DNA of 64,000 nucleotides from Eubacteriales bacterium (GCA_045588145.1 JAZNDS010000049.1:1766-65765); one strand, 5' to 3'. Positions 19,787 to 29,034 are shown, counted from the stretch's first letter. Program-made: numbers and translations. Notes: generated from the letters alone by a model not told the origin.

Positions 19787-19819
19787 AAAAAAAGAAGCAC
19801 TGCGGTGCTTCTTTTTTTT
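19787..19819. terminator. bidirectional terminator
   Basis: AAAAAAAGAAGCAC-tgcg-GTGCTTCTTTTTTT. Confidence 0.8.
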
Positions 19820-19827
19820 GTTTTTTA

Positions 19828-20394
19828 TCAAATCGGGAAATAGACGACCGTCTGTATTACGGCGAATACCGAGACGCCAAGGGCGGGAAAAAGCAGGGAG
19901 AAAAGCATCGTGTTGATCGCCCTTTCCGAAAGCCGCGGATACAAAAGGTCATAGATCCTGCAGCCGATATACCCACCCGCAAAGTTGGTGATAAGATCGG
20001 TCGTATCCAGGATCCCAAAGCCTGAGAAAAGCTGAAAAAGCTCTAAAGCGACGGGGAAGAGAAAAAGGAACAGCAAGCCTTTTTTTCGCCCCATGATAAA
20101 GGGAAGCAGCATCCCCACGGGAATAAAGCAAAGAATATTAAGCAAAAAGATCCCGATCTGCCACCAATTCACGGGATCCAGGGCATGGAGCAGGGAGCGG
20201 AAGGGGATAAGCCCCCCGAGAAAGCGCTCCCAAAGCGGAAAGGAACGGTTCTTTTCGATGCTCAACAGAGAATTTATATTGAATTTGAAAATAATGCCCC
20301 AGATCAAGACGATCAGGCAAAGGGCAAAAAGCAGGGAAGCATAGTTTTTTTGCGCTCGTTCCCCACACAGCAGCCGATCCCGAAGCTTTTTCAT
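19828..20394 (-). CDS. VanZ family membrane protein
   Basis: 'NILCFIPVG', 'ELFQLF..G..DTTDLITNFAGG'. Confidence 0.8.
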   Translation of the reverse strand: MKKLRDRLLCGERAQKNYASLLFALCLIVLIWGIIFKFNINSLLSIEKNRSFPLWERFLGGLIPFRSLLHALDPVNWWQIGIFLLNILCFIPVGMLLPFIMGRKKGLLFLFLFPVALELFQLFSGFGILDTTDLITNFAGGYIGCRIYDLLYPRLSERAINTMLFSLLFPALGVSVFAVIQTVVYFPI

Positions 20395-20468
20395 ACGGTA
20401 CCTCGTAAATAAATATACGGATATAGTATAACAGAACGAAGGAGGAAAAGCAACGGTCGCTCTGCTTT

Positions 20469-21152
20469 TTATTTTATGACCCATTCCTCTTTGACGGCTT
20501 CCGCGTCGTTTTCCTTTTTTGGGGTATGCCGCGGCTTCGGTAGATCCCAGCGGAAGGTTGCGGCCAGCAGGCGCAGGGTCAAAACCGCCACGATCCCCAG
20601 CGAAAGCGAGAGAATGGTATGAAGATAAGGATAAACGAGTGAGAAGAGGAGGGCGCCGACCGCCGAAGCGCAGGCATAAAAGTTCTTAACGAAGATCTTC
20701 GGCACGTCCTTCGAAAAAACGTCGCGCATAACGCCGCCGCCAACCCCGGTTATGACCCCAAGAAGGACCGAGGTGAAAAGGTTGGGGGCTCCGATATAGG
20801 TAAAGGCGGCCATAGCCCCGATCACGGTAAAAACGCCAAGCCCTACCGCGTCGGCGATCAGCATGAAAAAGTCATAATTCCGATGCTTTTTCGAAAGGTA
20901 GGCTTGGATGGGCGGCAGATACGTCAGCGCCGATACCGCAAGCGCCACAAATGCGTGAAGCGGGTCAACAAGCGCTGACGGAGGAAAAACCCCTAATAGG
21001 ATGTCACGCATGATCCCACCGCCGATCGCGGTGGTCATCCCCAAAACGCACGCCCCAAAGATATCCATATCCTTTTTGATGGCGGTCAGCGCCCCCGAAA
21101 GAGCAAAGGCCACCGTGCCGATCAGCTCGAAAATAAAAAAGACAATATTCAT
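20469..21152 (-). CDS. TRIC/UPF0126 family membrane protein (probable glycine transporter)
   Basis: Duplicated 'TAIGGGIMRD' / 'TGVGGGVMRD' motifs; glycine riboswitch upstream. Confidence 0.88.
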   Translation of the reverse strand: MNIVFFIFELIGTVAFALSGALTAIKKDMDIFGACVLGMTTAIGGGIMRDILLGVFPPSALVDPLHAFVALAVSALTYLPPIQAYLSKKHRNYDFFMLIADAVGLGVFTVIGAMAAFTYIGAPNLFTSVLLGVITGVGGGVMRDVFSKDVPKIFVKNFYACASAVGALLFSLVYPYLHTILSLSLGIVAVLTLRLLAATFRWDLPKPRHTPKKENDAEAVKEEWVIK

Positions 21153-21165
21153 AGCTTCTCCTATA

Positions 21166-21325
21166 AACATTGTCCTTTTACCTGAAAGATTCTTCCCTTG
21201 CGGAAATTGCTTCGTCGGTAGCGCAAAGCGCCTTCTTCAATGTGCCGTCCCAAAGCGGTCCTTTTACCTGAAAGCATGACTTCTTCGGTGACCGAACGGT
21301 TCTCTTCCGCTTTTTTCATCCGGCG
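21166..21325 (-). ncRNA. tandem glycine riboswitch
   Basis: Two aptamers on the minus strand: GGAAGAGA..CACCGAAGAAG..CTTTCAGGTAAAAGGACCGC and GAAGAAGG..CCGACGAAGCAA..CTTTCAGGTAAAAGGACA; P1 stems AAAGCGG/CCGCTTT and ACATTG/CAATGT; GGATGA leader-linker K-turn. Confidence 0.9.
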
Positions 21326-21363
21326 ATCATATAAAATTGTTGAGGAAATTTCCTCTCTTTCCC

Positions 21364-21392
21364 ATTATATAACAATGCTATGAAAATAGCAA
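21364..21392 (-). promoter_or_regulatory. sigma-A promoter upstream of glycine riboswitch
   Basis: TTGCTA-17 bp-TATAAT on the minus strand. Confidence 0.7.
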
Positions 21393-21445
21393 GCGGAAAG
21401 AGAAATTTTTACAAAAAAGAAGATAAGCCTTTTTGTAGGGACCAT

Positions 21446-21767
21446 AAAAAGCACCCATAAAGGGGAGGGATATTCGCCTTTGGCGAAGATACGCGCCCCC
21501 TGCGCCTGGCAAGCGAGCTTGCCGATCTTCGGGTGGCGTATGCGACCCCTCATTTGCATTCGCAAAAAAGGGTTTGCGGGCTCCCTGTCCGCCAACGAAA
21601 AAGGCACCCCAAAAGGGAGGGGTATTCGCCTACGGCGAAGATACGCACACCCTGCGCCTGGCAAGCGAGCTTGCCGATCTTCGGGTGGCGTATGCGAACC
21701 CTTTTTTGCTAACGCAAAAAGAGGGTTCTTGCCACCTCTCTGTCAAAAAGAAAAGCACCCATAAAGG
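21446..21767. repeat. ~152-bp structured tandem repeat (2 full units plus start of a third) behind tRNA-Ser
   Basis: GCACCC anchors at 21451, 21604 and 21755; identical core CCCTGCGCCTGGCAAGCGAGCTTGCCGATCTTCGGGTGGCGTATGCGA in both full units. Confidence 0.9.
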
Positions 21768-21782
21768 GTGCTTTTCTTTTTG
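21744..21782 (-). terminator. terminator directly after tRNA-Ser
   Basis: CAAAAAGAAAAGCACCC-ataaa-GGGTGCTTTTCTTTTTG. Confidence 0.75.
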
Positions 21783-21870
21783 GCGGACAGGGAGGGATTC
21801 GAACCCTCGGTCCCGTGAAGGATTACCTGATTTCGAGTCAGGGCCGTTATGACCACTTCGATACCTGTCC
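21781..21870 (-). tRNA. tRNA-Ser(CGA)
   Basis: GGACAGG...CCTGA-CT-CGA-AA-TCAGG, long variable arm, GGTTCGAATCC, encoded CCA; TTGCAT-17-TAAAAT promoter at 21904-21932. Confidence 0.95.
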
Positions 21871-21976
21871 GTATAGATCTGACGGTTGCCGTCAACAGAA
21901 TTTATTTTACCACATCTTTCAAAGGAATGCAACCCCTTTTTTGAATTTTTCTTGGAAAAAGGGAAGAGAAAAAGAA

Positions 21977-22007
21977 AAAGCGGAATGGCGAACCGTTCCG
22001 CTTTTTG
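21977..22007 (-). terminator. terminator after pfkB-family gene
   Basis: AAAAGCGGAATGG-cgaa-CCGTTCCGCTTTT. Confidence 0.75.
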
Positions 22008-22020
22008 CATACGGGGAAAA

Positions 22021-23094
22021 TTAGCGCTTAACGCGAGCGTTACCGCCCCAGATGCTGAAGATCTGCTCTTCATCGGCAGGCTGGGCATAGTCGGTAAGGA
22101 AGGTGGTGGCAAGCGCGCCGCTCGCCCAAGCGAACTGCAGCTGCTTCTCGGCATCCCAACCCTTGATGATGGAGTAGAGAAGACCGCCGACAAAGCCGTC
22201 GCCGCCGCCGATACGGTCAAGGACCGTGATGTCACGGGGCTCGGCGATGTGCCACTCGTTGTCGCTCCAGAGGATGGCACCCCAGAGGTGGTGATTGACG
22301 TTGATGACCTGACGGAGCGTGGTACCGAACACGCTGGCGTTCGGGAACTTCTCACGCACGCAGTTGATCATGGCCTTGAAGCTCTCGATCTTGGAGCCGA
22401 GGTCCTTACCGCCGGCTTCAGGACCCTCGATGCCGAGGCAGAGCTGGAAGTCCTCCTCGTTACCGACGAGGATGTCGGCGACAGAGGCGATCTCGGTGAA
22501 GATGTCGTGAAGCTCCTGCTCACGGCCCTTCCAGAAGGAAGCGCGGTGATTCAGGTCAAACGCGATAAGCGTGCCATGCTTCTTGGCGGCACGGGCAAGC
22601 TCCAGGCAGAACTGGCTGGTCTCGGGAGACAGGGCACCGATAAGACCCGACAGGTGAAGAACGCCAACGCCTTCTTCCCCGAAGAGACGCTCAAGGTCGA
22701 AGTCCTTGACCGAAAGGGTACGGCAGACATCGCACGCGCGGAAGTTCTGTACGCGAGGGCCACGGGCAAAATAGCCGCTGTCCGCGATGTTGAACTGGTG
22801 GCGGTAGCCCCAGGGGCCGCCCTGCTCGACTTCGGGACCCTCAAAGGTCATGCCGCGGCCAAGAAGGTTGTGCTTGATCATCTTGGCAATGGGGCTGTCC
22901 TTAACAAAGGCGGTCAGAACGTGGGTGGGAAGGCCGAGGTACGAGGAGATGCTGGCCACGTTGGTCTCCGCGCTGGTGACCTGCATACGGAACATCTCGG
23001 ACGAGTAAACGGGCTGGCCGTCGGGCGGGCAGATACGAACGCCCATGCTGGTGGGGACCACCAGCGCGTATTTATAGTTTTCTCTCAGCTTCAT
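22021..23094 (-). CDS. PfkB family sugar(-acid) kinase, KdgK-like
   Basis: 'AETNVA', 'FDLNHRASFW', 'NEED', 'DRIGGGDGF'. Confidence 0.88.
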   Translation of the reverse strand: MKLRENYKYALVVPTSMGVRICPPDGQPVYSSEMFRMQVTSAETNVASISSYLGLPTHVLTAFVKDSPIAKMIKHNLLGRGMTFEGPEVEQGGPWGYRHQFNIADSGYFARGPRVQNFRACDVCRTLSVKDFDLERLFGEEGVGVLHLSGLIGALSPETSQFCLELARAAKKHGTLIAFDLNHRASFWKGREQELHDIFTEIASVADILVGNEEDFQLCLGIEGPEAGGKDLGSKIESFKAMINCVREKFPNASVFGTTLRQVINVNHHLWGAILWSDNEWHIAEPRDITVLDRIGGGDGFVGGLLYSIIKGWDAEKQLQFAWASGALATTFLTDYAQPADEEQIFSIWGGNARVKR

Positions 23095-23116
23095 AAGAAT
23101 ATCCTCCTAATAAATT

Positions 23117-24568
23117 TTAGATGGAATACTGGCTGGCAGAGGTGTTGCCGCCCTTACCGGTCCAGTTGGTGTGGAAGAACTGACCGCGCTCGGCGTCAAC
23201 TCTTTCATAGGTGTGGGCACCGAAGTAGTCGCGCTGGGCCTGCAGCAGGTTCGCGGGCAGACGCTCGGAGCGGTAGCCGTCGAAGTAGCAGAGGGCCGAG
23301 TTCATCGCGGGCATCGGGATGCCGTTCTCGATCGCGGCGGCGCAAACGCGTCTCCAGCCGGCCTGGGCCTTTTCCATAACGCCCTTGAAGTAGGGGTCAA
23401 GCAGAAGGTTCGAAAGCTCGGGGTTCTTGTCAAAGGCTTCCTTGATCTTGCCAAGGAATACGCTGCGGATGATGCAGCCGCCACGCCACATAAGGGCGAT
23501 GCCGCCGTAGTTGAGGTTCCAGCCGTAGGTCTTGGCGGCCGAACGCATCAGGGTGTAGCCCTGGGCGTAGGAAACGATCTTCGCGGCGAAGAGCGCATCC
23601 TTAATATCGTTGATGAAGGCAGCCTTGTCGCCCTTGAATTCGGGCTTCGGGCCCGAAAGGACCTTAGAGGCCTCGACACGCTCAGCCTTCATGGCGCTGA
23701 GGCATCTGGCAAATACGGCCTCGCCGATCAGGGTCAGCGGAACGCCCTCGTCAAGCGCGGCGATACCGGTCCACTTACCGGTACCCTTCTGGCCGGCGGT
23801 GTCAAGGATCTTCTCGACCAGAGGCGAGCCGTCCTCGTCCTTATACGCCAGGATATCCTTGGTGATCTCAATGAGATAGCTGTCCAGCTCCTTGGTGTTC
23901 CAATCGGCAAAGACCTCGTGCATCTCGTCGGCGCTAAGACCGAGCAGGTCACGCATCAGGTGATAGGCCTCGCAGATCATCTGCATATCGCCGTATTCGA
24001 TACCGTTGTGGACCATCTTAACGAAGTGACCGGCGCCGTTTTCACCAACCCAGTCGCAGCAGGGGGCACCGTCCTCAACCTTGGCGCAGATGGCCTGAAG
24101 GATGGGCTTCACGGTGGGCCAAGCGGCAGGCGAGCCACCGGGCATCAGGCTGGGGCCGTTGAGAGCGCCCTCTTCGCCGCCCGAAACACCGGTACCGATA
24201 TAAAGCTTGCCGCAGCTTTCGACGTAAGCGGTTCTTCTGGCGGTGTCGGGGAAGTGCGAGTTACCGCCGTCGATGATGATATCGCCGTCCTCCAGCAGGG
24301 GGAGAAGCTTTTCGATCATGTCGTCAACGGCGCTGCCGGCCTTGACCATCATCATGACCTTACGGGGCTTGGCAAGGCTTTCGACCAGCTCTTCGAGCGA
24401 GTAGGTGCCAACGATGTTCTTACCCTTGGCGCGGCCTTCCACGAAATTTTTGACCTTTTCGGTGGTACGGTTGTAAACCGATACGGTAAAGCCCTTGCTT
24501 TCCATATTGATTACGAGGTTTTCGCCCATAACCGCAAGACCGATAAGACCAATGTCAGACTTTTTCAT
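23117..24568 (-). CDS. gnd: 6-phosphogluconate dehydrogenase, decarboxylating (NADP)
   Basis: 'GLIGLAVMG', 'GHFVKMVHNGIEYGDMQ', 'QAQRDYFGAHTY'. Confidence 0.97.
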   Translation of the reverse strand: MKKSDIGLIGLAVMGENLVINMESKGFTVSVYNRTTEKVKNFVEGRAKGKNIVGTYSLEELVESLAKPRKVMMMVKAGSAVDDMIEKLLPLLEDGDIIIDGGNSHFPDTARRTAYVESCGKLYIGTGVSGGEEGALNGPSLMPGGSPAAWPTVKPILQAICAKVEDGAPCCDWVGENGAGHFVKMVHNGIEYGDMQMICEAYHLMRDLLGLSADEMHEVFADWNTKELDSYLIEITKDILAYKDEDGSPLVEKILDTAGQKGTGKWTGIAALDEGVPLTLIGEAVFARCLSAMKAERVEASKVLSGPKPEFKGDKAAFINDIKDALFAAKIVSYAQGYTLMRSAAKTYGWNLNYGGIALMWRGGCIIRSVFLGKIKEAFDKNPELSNLLLDPYFKGVMEKAQAGWRRVCAAAIENGIPMPAMNSALCYFDGYRSERLPANLLQAQRDYFGAHTYERVDAERGQFFHTNWTGKGGNTSASQYSI

Positions 24569-25431
24569 TTGCGAGTACCTTCTTTCTTTGTTTTATAATA
24601 TTTTTTTAAATTTTCAAGAACCGAGTAGGGGATCTCCATATTTCCAAGGCCGCGGCCGATCGAAATATGGGGCTTCATGGCGGCGTGAAAATCGGTGCCG
24701 CCCGAGATCTGCAGGTCAAGCGCCTTGGCCATAGCCCGGAATTTTTCGGCCATTTCATCGGTGTATTCGGTGTAATAGCCCTCCAGCCCGTCAAGGCCCG
24801 CTGCCTTCAATTCCTTCAGGTATTCAAAGAGAGCCTCATCCGAAAGACGGATAAGATGCGGATGCGCGACGAAGGCAATGCCGCCCGCGCGGTGAATGAG
24901 GTCGATCGCCTCCTTGTCGGTGATCGCCTGCCGCCCGGAGTAGGCGGGGCGTCCGTTGCCAAGGTACTTGTCAAACGCTTCCTTAACGCTGCCGACAAGC
25001 CCCTTGTCAAAAAGCAGCCTTGCGAAATGCGCGCGACAAACGATCTCGCCGCCCGCTACCTCGCGGACCTCCTCCATCGTGACGGGGAAGCCAAGCTCGT
25101 TCAGCCTTTGGCAGTTATCCTCGGAGCGCAGGGTGCGTACCTCGCGGATCTTCTTCATCGCCTCTCCGATCGCTTCGGAGTCAACGTCAATAAAATACCC
25201 CAGAATATGCGTTTCGGTTTCAGACTGAACCGAAAGCTCGATCGCGGGAATGACCTCGACCCCACACCGCTCTCCCTCGGCTACGGCTTCCTTGACCCCG
25301 TCAATGCCGTCGTGATCCGAAAGGGCAATGGCTGTAAGGCCCTGCTCCTTGGCGTGACGCACAAGCTCACAGGGGGTCATCGAGCCGTCCGAGCAGCGCG
25401 AATGGGTGTGCAGGTCAATGATCTTTTTCAT
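24565..25431 (-). CDS. PHP-domain phosphoesterase (TrpH/YciV-like)
   Basis: 'DLHTHSRCSDG', 'SDHD', 'AHP', 'GGTDFH'. Confidence 0.9.
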   Translation of the reverse strand: MKKIIDLHTHSRCSDGSMTPCELVRHAKEQGLTAIALSDHDGIDGVKEAVAEGERCGVEVIPAIELSVQSETETHILGYFIDVDSEAIGEAMKKIREVRTLRSEDNCQRLNELGFPVTMEEVREVAGGEIVCRAHFARLLFDKGLVGSVKEAFDKYLGNGRPAYSGRQAITDKEAIDLIHRAGGIAFVAHPHLIRLSDEALFEYLKELKAAGLDGLEGYYTEYTDEMAEKFRAMAKALDLQISGGTDFHAAMKPHISIGRGLGNMEIPYSVLENLKKYYKTKKEGTRK

Positions 25432-25432
25432 A

Positions 25433-26677
25433 TCAGTCCCTCGTCCAAAGGCCGAGCGCGGGGTTGCTGATGTAGAAGATCTCCTCCCCGTCGATCGTGT
25501 GGAACCCGTCGGTAAGGATCGCGGGATCGTACTTCTTGGCGGCCTCGGCATAGGGGATATACTTGAAGGCGGCGCCCTTTACCTCTTCTTCGTTCAAAAG
25601 CTCGGTGCAGTAGGTGATCGAGAAGCGCCCGTCGGAGGAGCCGTGGATGAGATGCGCGGCAACCGACATATTCTCCTGCAGATCCTCGTTCTCTTTTACC
25701 AGCTCAAGCACTCTTTCACGGCCAACGTAGCCGTACTTGCGAATGAGACGGTCGTTTTCGGCGTCCTCCCCGAACATCTTGACTCCGGGGGCCAGAATGA
25801 TCAGCTCACCGCCGTCGGCGATCGCCATACGGGTACGGTAAACGGCCTTGTTTCCAAGCCAGGTGCTCTTGAATTCGCGGGGATCGAGGTAAACAACGAC
25901 CTTCTTAAGCGGCTTTTCCATGTGGTTGAGGTTCTTTTCCTGGCTCTGCTCGACCGCCATCTCGAAAAGCTCTCTTTGGTTTCCGATGTAAATGCCGTGC
26001 AGGTTGGTCTCGTCGCCCGAGTTGGTGGTGACGGTCAGAACATACATCAGCGGGACCTTCGAAAGGAAGTTCTCCTGCGCGTAGTCGAATACGCGGCGTA
26101 CGGGAGAGAAGTCCTTGCCCATGATGCGCTCCATACCGTAGAAGGCGCCCAGCATATGGCTGCTGTTGATCATGCTGCTGCCGCCGCAGCCGACGAAGAT
26201 GTTCTTCGAATAGTTGGCCATACCGACGACCTCGTGCGGGACGACCTGCCCCGCCGAAATGATCAGATCGTAGGAGGGATCCATAATGCGGCGGTTGACC
26301 TCGACGTCGATCGTCTGATCGACCAGCCCCTCGGATACCTCGCGAACGAACGAGGAAGGAACCTCGCCGATCTTCACAACGTCGGTGCGCCAGTTGTGCA
26401 CCAGGATCTTTTCAAAGGGAACCTTGCCGAGGAAGAAGGTGTCGCATTCCTCCTTCGTCATCGGTACGTGGGTGCCAAGGGCGGGCATAACGTCGACCTC
26501 GGCGGTATCCTTCAACATGTCATAGTAGTAAGCGGTGATCTTTCCGGCGCCCGAATACATGCGGGTATAGTCGGGGGGCAGGAGAAGAACCTTCTTCGGG
26601 CTCTTTCCCTCCAGCGATTTCGCAAGGATCTCCTTGAGCTCGCTGTCCGAAATAACGCTTTGGCTTTTTACGAACAT
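25433..26677 (-). CDS. LarA (lactate racemase) family 2-hydroxy-acid racemase/epimerase
   Basis: LarA-type motifs 'PDYTR', 'ALGTH', 'VPHEVVG....K'. Confidence 0.8.
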   Translation of the reverse strand: MFVKSQSVISDSELKEILAKSLEGKSPKKVLLLPPDYTRMYSGAGKITAYYYDMLKDTAEVDVMPALGTHVPMTKEECDTFFLGKVPFEKILVHNWRTDVVKIGEVPSSFVREVSEGLVDQTIDVEVNRRIMDPSYDLIISAGQVVPHEVVGMANYSKNIFVGCGGSSMINSSHMLGAFYGMERIMGKDFSPVRRVFDYAQENFLSKVPLMYVLTVTTNSGDETNLHGIYIGNQRELFEMAVEQSQEKNLNHMEKPLKKVVVYLDPREFKSTWLGNKAVYRTRMAIADGGELIILAPGVKMFGEDAENDRLIRKYGYVGRERVLELVKENEDLQENMSVAAHLIHGSSDGRFSITYCTELLNEEEVKGAAFKYIPYAEAAKKYDPAILTDGFHTIDGEEIFYISNPALGLWTRD

Positions 26678-26723
26678 AGCTTGTCCTGCTTTCCGGGGTT
26701 TTTCCCCTATTATTACAAGATAT

Positions 26724-26752
26724 AGTATAACAAAAGATTATACGTTTTGCAA
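26724..26752 (-). promoter_or_regulatory. sigma-A promoter for larA-PHP-gnd-pfkB operon
   Basis: TTGCAA-17 bp-TATACT with TG extension on the minus strand. Confidence 0.7.
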
Positions 26753-26894
26753 GAAAAAATACCATAGGTGGCAAAAAAATGAAGAAAAAAACTCCGCAAG
26801 AGCAATATTTGCAATATAATGCCCCCTACCATAGCGTGTTTTGCTGTCAAAAAGACAAAATCCCCGAAGGAGCGTGGCTCCCTCGGGGATGATC

Positions 26895-27620
26895 TTATTC
26901 AAGAATGGTTTCAAGAAGCGAATAGGCGAAGAGGTAATGCAGAGGGCGGATGGGGTGATTGAGCTTATTGGAGAGCAGCTCGGTCGTATCAACGCCCGCC
27001 GCCTCCATCCTCTTCCACTTGGCGTAGCAATCGCAGACCTTAACACCGCATTCGGCGGCGACCTCCTTGGCCTTTTCAAAATAAGCGGCTAAGACGCCCT
27101 CGTTTTCGATCTTAGCAAAGCGCTCGGCAAGATCGATAAAAAAAGGATCGGTAAGATGAACGCTGGTTTTCGTGTTCATCATATTTTCGGTCATGAAGAT
27201 GCATTCGGCACCGCTTTCCTTGATCCCGGTAAAGATCTGCCGAAGCCGCTCTCCAAAGGCATTTGCGCCGTTGATGCCGCCCGATGCCGCATCGTTCAGC
27301 CCGTAGCTGACTACCACAAGATCGGGGTGAAAGGCAAGCACGTCGCGCTCCAGGCGGACAAGACCGCCGTGCGATCCGTCACCGCTTATGCCGCTATTGA
27401 TAATATTGACCTGTACGCAGGGATAAAGCATGGCTAAAAGCTCACGCAAGCGGGTGGAGTAGGCCGAGGGAGAATCGTATACCGTTTCCAGCGCTTCGGG
27501 CCCCGTTTTATAGCATTCAAAGCATCCTTGCGTAACGCTGTCGCCGATAAAGGCGATGGTTACGGGTGGGTTGTTTTTCTTGTTTTGCTGCTTGGCACTC
27601 ATTTTTTCCGTGATTTTCAT
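26895..27620 (-). CDS. SGNH/GDSL hydrolase
   Basis: 'FIGDSVTQG', 'GISG', 'GLND', 'NHP'. Confidence 0.88.
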   Translation of the reverse strand: MKITEKMSAKQQNKKNNPPVTIAFIGDSVTQGCFECYKTGPEALETVYDSPSAYSTRLRELLAMLYPCVQVNIINSGISGDGSHGGLVRLERDVLAFHPDLVVVSYGLNDAASGGINGANAFGERLRQIFTGIKESGAECIFMTENMMNTKTSVHLTDPFFIDLAERFAKIENEGVLAAYFEKAKEVAAECGVKVCDCYAKWKRMEAAGVDTTELLSNKLNHPIRPLHYLFAYSLLETILE

Positions 27621-27713
27621 ATCGTACCTCGTGAAAAGCTTTCATTCGTTGGCTACGGCCATTATAGCACAAGCCCCTTTTAAAAGCAACCTTTTTTTAT
27701 GAATTGAAAGAAT

Positions 27714-28952
27714 TTAACGGCGGGAAAGCACCGTTTTTTCATATTCCCTGATCGGAGCAAGATAATCGGAAGGAACCGAGGAACGGGATAAAAATTCTTC
27801 CCATACGTCGCCAAGCGGCAGGGTCTTGCTTTCTTCCTGCATATAAAGAAGAGAAGTGAAATCGCCGCGGTCCTGAAGCTCCTTCAGCCTTTCGTTCGGT
27901 AAAAGCAGGGCGAAAAGCAAGGCCTTCTGCAGGCTTCGCACCCCCGTCACCCAGGCGACGATGCGGTTGATCGAGGCGTCAAAATAATCGGTTGCGAGGA
28001 AAACGCGATCAAGCGCTCCGTTGCTTACGATCTCCTTGGCGATCTCCTTGGTTTCGTCATCCAGGATCACAACGTGATCGCTGTCCCAACGAACCGCGCG
28101 GGTAACGTGCAGCGCGATTTTTTCGTTGAAGAGAAGAAGCGAGGAAATCTTATCGCTGACAGCCTCGGTCGGGTGGTAGTGACCGTTATCCATTAAGGGG
28201 GTGATCCCTTTTTTTGCCGAATAGGATAGGCAGAACTCCGCCGAGCCGACCGTGTAGCTTTCCAGCCCGATCCCAAAAACCTTGCTTTCCAGCGTGACAT
28301 ACACCTTGGACCTGTCATAGGGGATAGAGAGGATCTCGTCAAGGCTCTTTTCAAAACGGGCGCGAGGGGCAAGGCGGTCGGCGGGGATATCCTTGTAGCC
28401 GTCGGGGATCCAGATATTCATGACGCAAGGGATCCCGGTCTCATTCGCGAAATACTCCGCGATTTGTAAACAAGCCTTTCCATGCGCTACCCAATAAGCG
28501 CGCACCTCCTCGTCGGGAGAGGAGAGCGTGAGATTATCCTTGACCATCTCGTGCGAAAAGAAGGTGGGGTTAAAATCGATCCCCATGCTTCGTTCTTTCG
28601 CAAACTCGACCCAACGCTTGAAATGGCAGGGGAGAAGACGGTCGCGCCCTACGGCCTTTCCTTCTTCAAAAATGGCGTACGAAGCGTGTAGATTTAGCTT
28701 TTTCTTGCCTCCGATAAGCGAAAGTGCCAGGTCTAAATCCGCCATCAGCTCCTCGGGCGTTTTTGCCTTTCCGGGATAATTCCCCGTGGCTTGGATCCCC
28801 CCCGAAAGCAAAGCGGGACTGTCGAAGCCCCCGACGTCATCCCCCTGCCAGCAGTGGATCGAAATCGGAACCTCTTTTAAGGCTTCCAATGCTTTTTCGG
28901 TATCGATCCCAAAGCGTTCGTAAATTTTTTTTGCCTCCTCGTAGCGTTGCAT
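27714..28952 (-). CDS. rhaA: L-rhamnose isomerase
   Basis: 'ISIHCWQGDDVGGF', 'TGNYPG', 'ESKVFGIG.ESYTVGS', 'VRWDSDHV'. Confidence 0.93.
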   Translation of the reverse strand: MQRYEEAKKIYERFGIDTEKALEALKEVPISIHCWQGDDVGGFDSPALLSGGIQATGNYPGKAKTPEELMADLDLALSLIGGKKKLNLHASYAIFEEGKAVGRDRLLPCHFKRWVEFAKERSMGIDFNPTFFSHEMVKDNLTLSSPDEEVRAYWVAHGKACLQIAEYFANETGIPCVMNIWIPDGYKDIPADRLAPRARFEKSLDEILSIPYDRSKVYVTLESKVFGIGLESYTVGSAEFCLSYSAKKGITPLMDNGHYHPTEAVSDKISSLLLFNEKIALHVTRAVRWDSDHVVILDDETKEIAKEIVSNGALDRVFLATDYFDASINRIVAWVTGVRSLQKALLFALLLPNERLKELQDRGDFTSLLYMQEESKTLPLGDVWEEFLSRSSVPSDYLAPIREYEKTVLSRR

Positions 28953-29034
28953 ACGTATGCCTCCCGTGTGTCTTATTTTGCGTGTCTTTTTTGTTCTGAT
29001 CAACAATATAATATCACAGTTTTCGAAAAAGAAA

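Noticed and set aside
21446-21767. CRISPR array
   Set aside because: Units are ~152 bp and nearly identical throughout, there are only two full copies, there is no repeat-spacer pattern and no cas genes
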